Shown here: piece by piece, positions 34,112-43,512 of the stretch
Position numbering within the stretch: position 1 is the stretch's first letter
Layout: every line of letters starts with the position of its first letter
Assembly (NCBI GenBank): GCA_039807425.1
Contig: JBDHRD010000001.1
Span: 2,086-66,085 of the forward strand
Reading direction: 5' to 3'
Length of the DNA stretch: 64,000 nt
Source: Candidatus Contendobacter sp.
Lineage (GTDB): Bacteria; Pseudomonadota; Gammaproteobacteria; Competibacterales; Competibacteraceae
Made by a program: the position numbers and the translations under genes
The notes under the pieces: generated by a model
Told to the model about the DNA's origin: nothing
The model's input: the letters and a program-made list of their open reading frames with translations, nothing else
The model's database searches: none

Positions 34112-34292
34112 ATCCACCATAGCCCCCACGCAAGTCTGGGGTAGTTATTTTACAGGGCAGCCCCGCTTCTGAACCCTCCAATCCCCAGTTGCTGACCTTG
34201 AAAACCCACCTCCAACACCTCGAAGCAGGTAGAGGCGTGGAACGCTTACTCAGTGATCTAACCGAGTGGCCCATCTTAAGTGGAGGCTGATC
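34112..34292 (+). mobile_element. Degenerate IS3-family remnant (transposase C-terminal trace and right end)
   Basis: HHSPHASLG* resembles the IS3 OrfB YN..RPHSSLG motif; ends in TGGCCCATCTTAAGTGGAGGCTGATC, similar to IS3-family terminal repeats. Confidence 0.4.
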
Positions 34293-34338
34293 TGAAAGCT
34301 GAAAGTCGGTACAAGGATGCCGCCGTGGACAATCCGCC

Positions 34339-35118
34339 ATGTTGCTGCTGACCAAGATTCTCAGTCAGTTCGCCTATCCTCTGTTGGCATCCCTGCTGCT
34401 GGCCGCGGGCGCCGGCATCCTGTCCTGGCGCAGCCACCGACGTTCCGGCGCACTGTTGCTGATCGTTGCCTTGGGCTGGCTATGGTTGTGGTCCACGCCG
34501 GCGCTCAGCGACTGGCTGCGTGCCACCTTGGAGCAACGCTATCCACCCACACCGCTCGAACAACTGCCCGCCGCCGACGCCATCGTGGTATTGGGTGGTA
34601 TGGTGGAAGCTGCCGTGCCGTCCGAGCGGCTCGATATCAATCTGGGGGCGGCCGCCGACCGCATCTGGCGCGCTGCCCGTCTGTACCGCGCCGGAAAAGC
34701 CCCACTGGTCCTGGTCAACGGCGGTAATCTGCCTTGGAGCGGCAGCGAGCAGCCGGAAGCCTCGGTCATGGCCGAATTGCTCCAGGAACTGGGCGTGCCC
34801 CCTACCGCCATTCTCCAGGAATCCCGCAGCCGCACTACCCGAGAAAACCGTGACAATTCCCTGCCTGTCTTGCAAGCACGCGGTATCCGGCGCGTTCTGC
34901 TGGTGACCTCGGCCCTGCACATGCCGCGCGCCCTGGCGTTGTTTCGCGCCACCGATCTTGAAGTGATTCCAGCGCCGACCGATTTCGAAATTCGCTTTCC
35001 AAGCAACGCCCATCCCTTGCGCTGGCTGCCCGACGCCCAGGCGCTGGCCGACGGTAGCCGGGCGTTCAAGGAATATTTGGGACGCTGGGTGGACCGCTTG
35101 CCCGGTTTCGGTGGATAG
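34339..35118 (+). CDS. YdcF/ElyC-like (DUF218) envelope protein
   Basis: N-terminal TMs; ADAIVVLGG, ESRSRTTREN, LVTSALHMPRA and PAPTDF motifs. Confidence 0.9.
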   Translation: MLLLTKILSQFAYPLLASLLLAAGAGILSWRSHRRSGALLLIVALGWLWLWSTPALSDWLRATLEQRYPPTPLEQLPAADAIVVLGGMVEAAVPSERLDINLGAAADRIWRAARLYRAGKAPLVLVNGGNLPWSGSEQPEASVMAELLQELGVPPTAILQESRSRTTRENRDNSLPVLQARGIRRVLLVTSALHMPRALALFRATDLEVIPAPTDFEIRFPSNAHPLRWLPDAQALADGSRAFKEYLGRWVDRLPGFGG

Positions 35119-35235
35119 CGCCGTAACGGCGTTTTCACAGTACGGTACTAACATTAATGTAATGAGTATTCACTAGAATCTACATTGACATACCCCGCTT
35201 TGAGTGAAAGCCCAACCTGGCGTCATGGAAACCTT

Positions 35236-36384
35236 ATGCAACCGATTATCCTGGACTTTGGACCGCTGCTGTTGGCCTTTGGCCTGTGCGTGGGGTTGAT
35301 CGTCCTGCTGATCCGTCCGGCCCGAGCCTGGGGTTGGATGGACCACCCCACCACCCGCAAACACCATCGGACTCCGACACCGCTGGTGGGTGGGATCGCC
35401 ATGGGTGTCGCTTACAGCCTGAGCGTACTGGTGTTGCCCGAACAGCCTGATTCCTGTTCGGCATTGCTGATGGCCATGGCATTGTTGACCTTGGTTGGCT
35501 TGTACGATGATCTGCGCGCGATTCGCCCCGCGCTCCGCTTCGCGTTCCAGAGCGGCGCGGTCTTGGTGATGGCGCTCGGAGGCGGCATCATTCTGGGTAA
35601 CCTCGGCGATCTTTTTGGCTTGGGCGACGTCACCCTGGTGGGAGGCGTTGCCCTGCTGTTCACCCTGTTCTGTGTCGTCGGGGTGATCAACGCCTTCAAC
35701 ATGAGCGATGGCCTCGATGGCTTGGCCGGTGGCTTGGCGCTGATCGCCGCCGGCTGGCTGATCGTCCTGGTACAAATCGCGCCGACTGCCCACCCCGGCC
35801 ACCGCGATGCCCTGCTGGCGCTGGTCATGGTCGTCGCCGGCTTTCTCTGCTTCAACCTGCGCCAGCCCTGGCGAGCCCGCGCCAGCGTGTTCATGGGTGA
35901 TGCCGGCAGCACCATGCTCGGTTTCGTTCTGGCCTGGTTTCTGGTCGATCTGTCCCAAGGCTGGGAGGCGGTGATGACCCCCATGACGGCGGTCTGGATT
36001 CTGGCGCTGCCGCTGATGGATACGGTCGCGGTGATGGTCCGTCGCATCCGCGCTGGCCACAGTCCGTTCGCCGCCGATCACCAGCATTTGCATCACTTGT
36101 TGCTAAGTCGCGGTTTGTCGGATGGCCGAGCCACTGCTCTCCTGTTGGTTGCGGCTTTCATGACCGGCGCGACCGGCGTCGCCGCCTACTGGCTAAAGAC
36201 GCCCGCCTATCTGCAATTTTACGTCTTCGCCGCTCTGTTCGGGCTGTACTACCGGGTTACGACCCGCCTTTGGGAACGCCAGCAGAGCGCCGCGCCGCCG
36301 AGAATGGGCGAACGGCGGGGGGTGCCTCACTCAGAAGCAGTCGTGACGCCCGCCGCGTTTCGCCAGGTCAACCCGCGCGACTGA
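35236..36384 (+). CDS. Undecaprenyl-phosphate HexNAc-1-phosphate transferase (WecA/MraY family)
   Basis: RKHH..TPLVGG, GLYDD, NAFNMSDGLDGL, FMGDAGS and PFAADHQHLHH motifs. Confidence 0.92.
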   Translation: MQPIILDFGPLLLAFGLCVGLIVLLIRPARAWGWMDHPTTRKHHRTPTPLVGGIAMGVAYSLSVLVLPEQPDSCSALLMAMALLTLVGLYDDLRAIRPALRFAFQSGAVLVMALGGGIILGNLGDLFGLGDVTLVGGVALLFTLFCVVGVINAFNMSDGLDGLAGGLALIAAGWLIVLVQIAPTAHPGHRDALLALVMVVAGFLCFNLRQPWRARASVFMGDAGSTMLGFVLAWFLVDLSQGWEAVMTPMTAVWILALPLMDTVAVMVRRIRAGHSPFAADHQHLHHLLLSRGLSDGRATALLLVAAFMTGATGVAAYWLKTPAYLQFYVFAALFGLYYRVTTRLWERQQSAAPPRMGERRGVPHSEAVVTPAAFRQVNPRD

Positions 36385-37126
36385 TGGCGAACGGTGCGAA
36401 CGCCTGACTCACCGGCATCACTTCCAGGGTATTGATGTTGACGTGGGCCGGGCGGGTCGCTGACCAGTACACGATGTCGGCAATATCCTCCGCTTGCAAC
36501 GGCTGGGTCCCCTCGTAGACTTGGGCGGACTGGTCGCTTTCTCCCTTGAACCGCACCAGTGAAAATTCGGTTTCCGCCATGCCGGGTTCGATGTTGGTCA
36601 CCCGCACCCGCGTGCCCAGCAGGTCGGCGCGCAGGTTGAGCGAGAACTGGCGGACGAAGGCCTTGGTGGCCCCGTAGACGTTGCCGCCGGGATAGGGATA
36701 GTTGCCGGCCACCGAGCCGATGTTGACGATATAGCCGCGGTCGCGGGCGACCATGCCGGGCAGGATGGCCCGGGTGCAATACAGCAAGCCCTTGATGTTG
36801 GTGTCCACCATTCGTTGCCAATCGTCCATTGGGCAGCGGTGGGCGGGTTCCAGGCCGAGCGCCAGCCCGGCGTTGTTGACCAGCAGATCCACCTCGGCGA
36901 AATCGGCGGGCAGGGCCGCGACGGCGGCGTTCACCGCCGTTTCGTCGCGCACGTCCAGCGCGATGGCGTGGACCGGAACGGTTGCGGCCAGCTTGGCGCG
37001 CAGAGCTTCCAGGCGGTCCTGGCGCCGGCCGCATACGATCAAGCGCCAGCCGTGGGCGGCGAACAGGCGGGCGCAGGCGGCGCCAAAACCGGAGGTGGCG
37101 CCGGTGATAAAAGCGATCTGGGGCAT
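36368..37126 (-). CDS. SDR family oxidoreductase (YdfG-like)
   Basis: TGATSGFG, LVNNAGLALG, YGATK and IEPGMAETEFS motifs. Confidence 0.92.
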   Translation of the reverse strand: MPQIAFITGATSGFGAACARLFAAHGWRLIVCGRRQDRLEALRAKLAATVPVHAIALDVRDETAVNAAVAALPADFAEVDLLVNNAGLALGLEPAHRCPMDDWQRMVDTNIKGLLYCTRAILPGMVARDRGYIVNIGSVAGNYPYPGGNVYGATKAFVRQFSLNLRADLLGTRVRVTNIEPGMAETEFSLVRFKGESDQSAQVYEGTQPLQAEDIADIVYWSATRPAHVNINTLEVMPVSQAFAPFAISRAG

Positions 37127-37279
37127 GGGGGGAATCTCGCTGCAAGGATGAAGGATGGATTATGAAGCAAGCAGTAACTCAAATGGAGATTACCTTCACT
37201 GTCCGCTATCCACTCTGGACGATGCCTCGCCCTTTCGCTAGGGTAAGTGCCCGAATCTGCAACCCCAGCCATTTTCCGC

Positions 37280-39169
37280 ATGAACGCTACGACCTACGAC
37301 GCCGCCGCGATTGAAGTCCTCAGCGGTCTGGACCCTGTCCGCAAGCGACCGGGGATGTACACCGACACCACCCGGCCCAACCATCTGGCCCAGGAAGTGA
37401 TCGACAACAGCGTGGACGAAGCGCTCGCCGGCCATGCCACGACAGTGACGGTCATCCTGCACGCCGACGGGTCGCTGTCGGTGGCCGACGATGGTCGCGG
37501 GATGCCAGTGGACCTCCATCCCGAAGAGGGCATCCCTGGCGTCGAATTGATCCTGACCCGCCTCCATGCCGGTGGCAAGTTCTCCGACCGCAACTACCGT
37601 TTTGCGGGTGGCCTGCATGGAGTAGGCGTGTCGGTGGTGAACGCGCTGTCCAGCCACCTTGAAGTCTGGGTTAGGCGCAACGCCAAGGAATACAACATGG
37701 CCTTTGCTGGCGGCGACAAGGCATCGGACTTGGAGGAGGTCGGTACCGTTCCTCGACGCGCCACCGGCACCACCCTGCGGTTCTGGCCGGACCCGCGCTA
37801 TTTCGATTCACCCAAGTTTTCCGTGCCCCGGCTCAAGCACGTTTTGCGCGCCAAGGCAGTGCTGTGTCCGGGGCTGAAGGTCGTCTTCACCGACGAAGCG
37901 GCCGGCGAACAGATCACTTGGCGCTATGAGGATGGTTTCACCGACTACCTCAAGGAGGCGCTGGGCCAGACCCCGCTGTTGCCCGATCCGCCGTTCGTCG
38001 GTCATGTCGGCGGCGAGCGCGAGGCCGCCGATTGGGCCTTGACTTGGCTGCCCGAGGGTGGCGAACCCATCGCGGAAAGCTACGTCAATCTGATTCCGAC
38101 CTCGCAGGGCGGTACCCACGTCAACGGGCTGCGCGGCGGGCTGACCGACGCCGTGCGCGAGTTTTGCGAGTTTCGCAACCTGGCCCCGCGCGGGCTGCGC
38201 ATCGCGCCGGAGGATGTGTGGGACGGCTGTTGCTACGTGCTGTCGGTCAAGATGCAGGACCCCCAGTTTTCCGGCCAGACCAAGGAACGGCTGTCGTCGC
38301 GCGAGTGCGCGGTGTTCGTGGCCGGCGTGGTCAAGGATACGCTCAGCCTGTGGCTGAACCAGCATCCCGAAACCGGCGAGCGCATCGCTCAACTGGCGCT
38401 GGCCAACGCGCAGAAACGCTTGCGGGCGAGTCGGAAGGTGGTGCGCAAGCAGGTGACCAGCGGCCCGGCGTTGCCCGGCAAGCTGACCGATTGCACCGCG
38501 CAGGATTTAGCCCGCACCGAACTGTTTCTGGTGGAAGGCGATTCCGCCGGCGGTTCCGCCAAGCAGGCCCGCAATCGCGAATTCCAGGCAGTGATGCCGT
38601 TGCGCGGCAAGATTCTCAATACCTGGGAGGTGGATTCCGCCGAGGTGATGGCTTCACAGGAGGTGCATGATATCGCCGTGGCGATTGGCGTCGATCCCGG
38701 CTCCGGGGAGTTGGGCGGGCTGCGCTACGGCAAAATCTGCATTTTGGCCGACGCTGATTCCGACGGCCTGCACATCGCCACCCTGTTGTGCGCGCTATTC
38801 GTGCGCCACTTCCGGCCGCTGGTGGAAGCGGGCCACATCCACGTCGCCATGCCGCCGCTGTTCCGGGTCGATGTGGGCAAGGAGGTGTTCTATGCTCTGG
38901 ACGAGGCGGAGAGACAGGGCATACTCGACCGGATTAGCGCCGAGAAGAAGAAGGGCAAGGTCAACGTCACCCGTTTCAAGGGCCTGGGCGAGATGAATCC
39001 GCTGCAACTGCGGGAGACGACGATGGACCCCACGACCCGCCGGCTGGTGCAACTGACTCTCGACGCCGGCGACGATACTGTGGCGCTGATGGATATGCTG
39101 TTGGCGAAAAAACGGGCGGGGGATCGCCGGAACTGGCTGGAAGAGAAAGGGAATCTGGCGGAGGTGTAA
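37280..39169 (+). CDS. parE: DNA topoisomerase IV subunit B
   Basis: [46 protein letters not shown] and ADADSDG; ~629 aa. Confidence 0.97.
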   Translation: MNATTYDAAAIEVLSGLDPVRKRPGMYTDTTRPNHLAQEVIDNSVDEALAGHATTVTVILHADGSLSVADDGRGMPVDLHPEEGIPGVELILTRLHAGGKFSDRNYRFAGGLHGVGVSVVNALSSHLEVWVRRNAKEYNMAFAGGDKASDLEEVGTVPRRATGTTLRFWPDPRYFDSPKFSVPRLKHVLRAKAVLCPGLKVVFTDEAAGEQITWRYEDGFTDYLKEALGQTPLLPDPPFVGHVGGEREAADWALTWLPEGGEPIAESYVNLIPTSQGGTHVNGLRGGLTDAVREFCEFRNLAPRGLRIAPEDVWDGCCYVLSVKMQDPQFSGQTKERLSSRECAVFVAGVVKDTLSLWLNQHPETGERIAQLALANAQKRLRASRKVVRKQVTSGPALPGKLTDCTAQDLARTELFLVEGDSAGGSAKQARNREFQAVMPLRGKILNTWEVDSAEVMASQEVHDIAVAIGVDPGSGELGGLRYGKICILADADSDGLHIATLLCALFVRHFRPLVEAGHIHVAMPPLFRVDVGKEVFYALDEAERQGILDRISAEKKKGKVNVTRFKGLGEMNPLQLRETTMDPTTRRLVQLTLDAGDDTVALMDMLLAKKRAGDRRNWLEEKGNLAEV

Positions 39170-39202
39170 GGAAGTTGGACAACTTTTCACACTGCGCCTT
39201 GC
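39129..39202 (+). repeat. Left copy of a 74-bp direct repeat (parE 3' end and downstream bases)
   Basis: GGAACTGGCTGGAAGAGAAAGGGAATCTGGCGGAGGTGTAAGGAAGTTGGACAACTTTTCACACTGCGCCTTGC; matches 43348-43421 with 5 mismatches. Confidence 0.92.
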
Positions 39203-39278
39203 CCCTCCCGGATTCGGCGTCTAAACTCACGGAACAAGGGGTAACCGAAACCGGAATCCCCACAGCTTACTCAAGGCC

Positions 39279-40178
39279 ATGCCGCTACTGATCTACCTGT
39301 TCGTCCTGTTGGCCGCTTGGTGCGTGGCCGAGGACTGCGCGTCGCGACAACTGGAGCCGGGGCTTGTTCCCGCTGTTACGCAGGTCAGCGCCGGTCCTGG
39401 CGGCGTGACTTACGGCTTGGCCCCGGGATCCTGTACAGAAGGTCGCTGTGCTCCCGTGATCCAACTGCTTTCCAGTGGGAAGCTGGTCGATTTCATCCCG
39501 CTTGACTTCGCGGCTTCCGAAGCTGCCCTCACTCGCGAGGAGGGAAACAGCGGTCTCGCCGAACTCACTCCTGTTGAGGCCTGGACGGCTGGCAGCGAGG
39601 AAGGTGCCGTCACCACCGCCCTCCAGTCGGTAAGGCTTACCCCTGCCGGCAATGGTCTCCTCGTCCACCAGACCGCTGGATTCGAGCACATCAAGCGGCG
39701 CCATGACCTGTTTGTCGCCGATGGCAAGAAGCTCAAACGGGTCTGGTCCGCCGCCGAAGGAGCTGGCCCGGCGTGGTCAGCGGCGGAAGTGGTTCCGTCC
39801 GGGAATGGGCGAACCGACGAAATCATCTACCTGCGAGGCTTTCGCCCTGGAGGTACCGAAGCCGATACCCTGACCGCGCGCCGTCTGGTCTGGGACGATA
39901 CGAAACAGGAATTGGCGGTCCAGCCACTGGCGATACTCCCGGCGGTCACAACCGGTGAGTATTCCAGCGTGAAAACGGCGCGGCGGGCGGCTGCGAGTTC
40001 CTGCCTCAATGAGTATTGGGTGCTCCCGGCCAACCGGTTTGGGGGAGCGGCGTCGAAATTTGTGCTGGCCCGGGTGGCGGCCCGCAAGCAGACTATCGAG
40101 GCGGAGATGGCGCGCCCATGCGAAGCGCGGCCTGCCCGCCGAATGGCGAAATTCCGTCCTGCTGGGACGGTGGAATAG
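39279..40178 (+). CDS. Secreted/periplasmic hypothetical protein (candidate immunity partner)
   Basis: Hydrophobic N-terminus, several Cys, 299 aa; stop codon abuts the RBS of the next gene. Confidence 0.65.
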   Translation: MPLLIYLFVLLAAWCVAEDCASRQLEPGLVPAVTQVSAGPGGVTYGLAPGSCTEGRCAPVIQLLSSGKLVDFIPLDFAASEAALTREEGNSGLAELTPVEAWTAGSEEGAVTTALQSVRLTPAGNGLLVHQTAGFEHIKRRHDLFVADGKKLKRVWSAAEGAGPAWSAAEVVPSGNGRTDEIIYLRGFRPGGTEADTLTARRLVWDDTKQELAVQPLAILPAVTTGEYSSVKTARRAAASSCLNEYWVLPANRFGGAASKFVLARVAARKQTIEAEMARPCEARPARRMAKFRPAGTVE

Positions 40179-40189
40179 GAGGGATCAAG

Positions 40190-41275
40190 GTGCCGGCCAT
40201 TACAGGTAGCGTCGGGGAAGATGCCCTCAATAAGACGCACGATGTCGCCCTGGTGCAGGCGATGTTGCGCATCGTCAAGAACGCCAAGGGCTCACCCTAT
40301 CTCGGTGGTCACTACGATGGCGCCTACGGCGGCATCACCAAAAGCGCCATTATCGCTTTCCAGAATGACAACGCCAAAACGATTCAGGCAGGACAGAAAG
40401 GCAAGGAGAAACTCGGCGTGGTGGATGCGGCCGGTGCTACGATCACCGCTCTGTCTGCCGCGCTGCCCGCGACGCACAAGGAACTTCGAATCATTCCCAA
40501 TACCAAGACCGTCTATCTGGAAGGCGCGCAGGCCGATGCCCAGGCCAGCGCCAATGCCATTCGTAATGATGCTGAGTTCGAGACCACCTTCAAGAATCTG
40601 TTGGCCAAGCTGGTCGATACGATGTACGCCGATCACAAGATCGTGTTGAAGCTGACCCCGACCGGTCGCCGCCGAACCTTTGCCCAGCAGGCGGCTGAAG
40701 TCAACACCAAGGCGGGTCCTGGGGAGAGTAACCACAACTTCGGGCGCGCCGCTGATATCGGTTTCAAGGGCTTCCGCTGGATCCAGGGTGATGGAACCAT
40801 CAAGACGGACGCCGACTGGCTGAATGCGCTCGAAGTCGCCAGCGCCGCCAAGGCCAACGCATTGTGGGATGCCAGGGATGCGATCGCCAAGACGCTTCCA
40901 CTGTTCCGGCTGAATTTCGAACGGGTTCATCTACAGCTCCACGATCAATCGACCTTCAGTAACATTAACTCTCTCGTCAAGCTGCTGAATACCGCGGGAA
41001 AGATGAAGTGGAACAAGGGGTACAAGTGCGACTTCGGCCTCGGTGGCGCGCTTTACCCGGCCGGAACGGCGAAACAAATCTGGGCGGGAACGGCCACGGT
41101 AACGAAGGCCAATCTGGCGGCCGCGCTGACCGCCAAGGAAGTCGCCGCGCAGTCCAAGAAAGTCTTCAAGGAGGCGGACATCACGCAGAAGCAGATTGGC
41201 GACATGCAGAAAGCGTTGAAAGCCGAGTTCGAAGCCGCGGACACGAACTGGATCAAGTGGACCAAGGTTCCCTAG
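40190..41275 (+). CDS. Peptidoglycan-binding domain plus M15-type metallopeptidase (endolysin/effector-like)
   Basis: AGGAGGGA RBS then GTG; DVALVQAML...DGAYGGITKSAIIAFQ PG-binding motif; RTFAQQ...AGPGESNHNFGRAADI (SxHxxGxAxD) and ERVHLQ; no signal peptide. Confidence 0.75.
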   Translation: MPAITGSVGEDALNKTHDVALVQAMLRIVKNAKGSPYLGGHYDGAYGGITKSAIIAFQNDNAKTIQAGQKGKEKLGVVDAAGATITALSAALPATHKELRIIPNTKTVYLEGAQADAQASANAIRNDAEFETTFKNLLAKLVDTMYADHKIVLKLTPTGRRRTFAQQAAEVNTKAGPGESNHNFGRAADIGFKGFRWIQGDGTIKTDADWLNALEVASAAKANALWDARDAIAKTLPLFRLNFERVHLQLHDQSTFSNINSLVKLLNTAGKMKWNKGYKCDFGLGGALYPAGTAKQIWAGTATVTKANLAAALTAKEVAAQSKKVFKEADITQKQIGDMQKALKAEFEAADTNWIKWTKVP

Positions 41276-41347
41276 CTGCCCATTCCGCCAGCCACGTCGC
41301 CCGAAATACCCGAGTGGGACACAAGTCGGCGCGGTATATCCAGTGGT

Positions 41348-43108
41348 TCACAGCATCCGCTGCGCGCGCCGCGCCAACCGCTCCTGCTCCCCCAGCCACC
41401 GGCCGGAGAGGGCGCCCAGTATCTGATGCTGCTTCTCGAGCAGCCGCGGGCGGTACAAGCCCTGTACATCCGCCGCGAGCGCGACCGCCAGCGCTTCGAG
41501 CGCTTGGGCATATTCGCCAAACTCGAAGTAAGTGTAGGCGAGGTTTAGATTGGTCCGGGCGTCCCGCGGATGGATCCGATATGCCTGCAAATAGGCTTCG
41601 TGCGCTCCCGCGATGTCCCGGTCGAGAAACAATACGTCGCCCAGCACGTTCCACAGCCACGGGCTGTACCACGGGTTCTGCTCGATGGCCGCCCGAATCA
41701 GTTCCCGGCCCGCCTGGTAATCCTGCAGTTGCAGTCCGACGAATTCAGCGATTTCACCGACCAGTTGCCAATCGCGTGGGCTGCGGGAAAGCGCCAGCCG
41801 ATACGATTCCAGCGCCTCGCTCTTCCGGCCGGCGGCCAGATGTCTCCGCGCTTCTTCCACCGGAGCCTCGAAGAAATCGAACCCGGCTGGGCCGAACCGG
41901 TTCTGATAAGCCGACACCGTGGCCGGAAGCTCGCGCCGCAGAATCAAACGTGAATGAATGGCGCGCCGCTCGTCTTCTTCCGGTATCGCGACCCAATAAT
42001 TTGTTGAAAAATGTCTTTCAAGGAAGGGAAAGTTGATGCCCAGCGCGCTCGTTGGGCCGAACCGCTGGCTTAGCGAATGGCCGGCGACCTGGTCGCGCTG
42101 CACCGGGCCGTAATCGTTGATCAGAATGAACCCGGCCGGCTCCAGCAGGCCCAGGCAGCTTTCCAGGCACGTGATGGCGCCGTGATTTAGCACCACGCGT
42201 TCTAGATCCGCCACACCGGCCAGAGCCTCCGCTGCCAGCGTCGGTTCCTGATGCGAAGGCACAAATGCCGTTTCGAATTCCAGAAGACTGATCAGCGATG
42301 TTAGCCGGGCCTTCTCTTCCGGCCTTTCCGAACGCGCGATCCCACGGATCTCGTCGGACGTCAGCCGGGTGTACTGGGCCAGAAGCGCGCGATCTTGAGT
42401 CAGGTGGGTTCGGATGCGCAACTCCTCAGGCCCCGCCGGTCCCTTGCGCAAAACCGTGGCGGGCAGCACGTCCAGAATGTAATTGCAAAAAACCGCCCGC
42501 AGGTCGGGCAGCGTGGTCGTTTCACCGGTATGGGAAGCAAACCGGGATGGTCGCATGGCGTCACAACAGCCGAGTATTGTTTGTTCTTCTCCATGGCTGT
42601 CGAACTGTCCGCGTTCCCGCCATTGTTCTACCGTCCGCATCGACTGGTCGGTCGCGTGGTAGACCAGCCTCTGATGGAAGTCCTTGCCTTCCTGAAGGCA
42701 TATTGCGCGGAATGCGTCCAGAAAGTAGCGAGCGAACAGTCCTGTTCCCGCGCCCAACTCGAGTACCCGAATCGGGCCCGCCACCGGTGTCTCCAGGCAG
42801 TTGGTGAATAACAGTGCCGCAGCGTGTTCCGAAAGCCGGCCCGAATTGTTGATCAGGAACGGGACATCGTTCTCCACAAAAGGCAGAAGCCCTGTCCGGT
42901 TCCAGTGCAGTTCGGAAAGTTCCCATTCCAGGCAATCGGTCAGGGGACGGAAATCCTGCAATACCGTGGCTTGTAGTTGGACCCGGTCGATCACGTCCGC
43001 AGGATCCGTACCGGCGCCTGCCAGCTTCATCCGTTCAAAAGCAGTCTGGAATGGCAGGGGAATCCAGGGGTTCATCGTCGTGGTTGCATCAGCCATGCGG
43101 GCATTCAA
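41348..43108 (-). CDS. SAM-dependent methyltransferase fused to TPR repeats
   Basis: RVLELGAGTG motif I, NYILDVLP and INDYG (MidA/NDUFAF7-like); C-terminal TPRs (ALSRSPRDW, AIEQNPWYSPWLWNVLG); start approximate. Confidence 0.75.
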   Translation of the reverse strand: MNARMADATTTMNPWIPLPFQTAFERMKLAGAGTDPADVIDRVQLQATVLQDFRPLTDCLEWELSELHWNRTGLLPFVENDVPFLINNSGRLSEHAAALLFTNCLETPVAGPIRVLELGAGTGLFARYFLDAFRAICLQEGKDFHQRLVYHATDQSMRTVEQWRERGQFDSHGEEQTILGCCDAMRPSRFASHTGETTTLPDLRAVFCNYILDVLPATVLRKGPAGPEELRIRTHLTQDRALLAQYTRLTSDEIRGIARSERPEEKARLTSLISLLEFETAFVPSHQEPTLAAEALAGVADLERVVLNHGAITCLESCLGLLEPAGFILINDYGPVQRDQVAGHSLSQRFGPTSALGINFPFLERHFSTNYWVAIPEEDERRAIHSRLILRRELPATVSAYQNRFGPAGFDFFEAPVEEARRHLAAGRKSEALESYRLALSRSPRDWQLVGEIAEFVGLQLQDYQAGRELIRAAIEQNPWYSPWLWNVLGDVLFLDRDIAGAHEAYLQAYRIHPRDARTNLNLAYTYFEFGEYAQALEALAVALAADVQGLYRPRLLEKQHQILGALSGRWLGEQERLARRAQRML

Positions 43109-43347
43109 AAGATAATAAATTCAATAGGCTTTAGTTCGCGCCGCGAGCATCGCTCCGACCGCCAGGGAACATGCGCGTACGACCATCCGATACCCACCAT
43201 CGGCAACGCCTGATATGGCTTCCGTCTGACTTCCTCGGCCATTCTCTGGACCGTTTCCATCATCTCGCCGACTCACAATCGATTGACCCATCTTGGAAGT
43301 CTAACGCAGGACCGACAAATGGCAAAATTCTGCTAGTCTTCTCCGGA

Positions 43348-43421
43348 GGAATTGGCTGGAAGAGAAAGGGAATCTGGCGGAGGTGTGAGGAAGTTGGACA
43401 ACTTTTCGCGCTGCACCTTGC
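43348..43421 (+). repeat. Right copy of the 74-bp direct repeat (displaced parE 3' end)
   Basis: GGAATTGGCTGGAAGAGAAAGGGAATCTGGCGGAGGTGTGAGGAAGTTGGACAACTTTTCGCGCTGCACCTTGC; still encodes NWLEEKGNLAEV*. Confidence 0.92.
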
Positions 43422-43512
43422 TACTTCCAGATCCAGCATCTAGAGTTTAGAAGCGCCGCTCCTTTGTGGCGCTGTAACTAAACCTAGACAATGAGACCCA
43501 AAGGAGGTCGGA

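Larger units (their letters stand above)
39129..43421. mobile_element. Direct-repeat-bounded genomic islet at the parE 3' end (no integrase inside)
   Basis: 74-bp direct repeats flank three accessory genes. Confidence 0.75.

Noticed and set aside
37280-39169. Second gyrB copy
   Set aside because: Length and the DTTRPNHLAQEVIDNS/ADADSDG motifs identify it as ParE.
39203-43347. Prophage remnant because of the endolysin-like gene
   Set aside because: No integrase, holin, structural or replication genes between the repeats.
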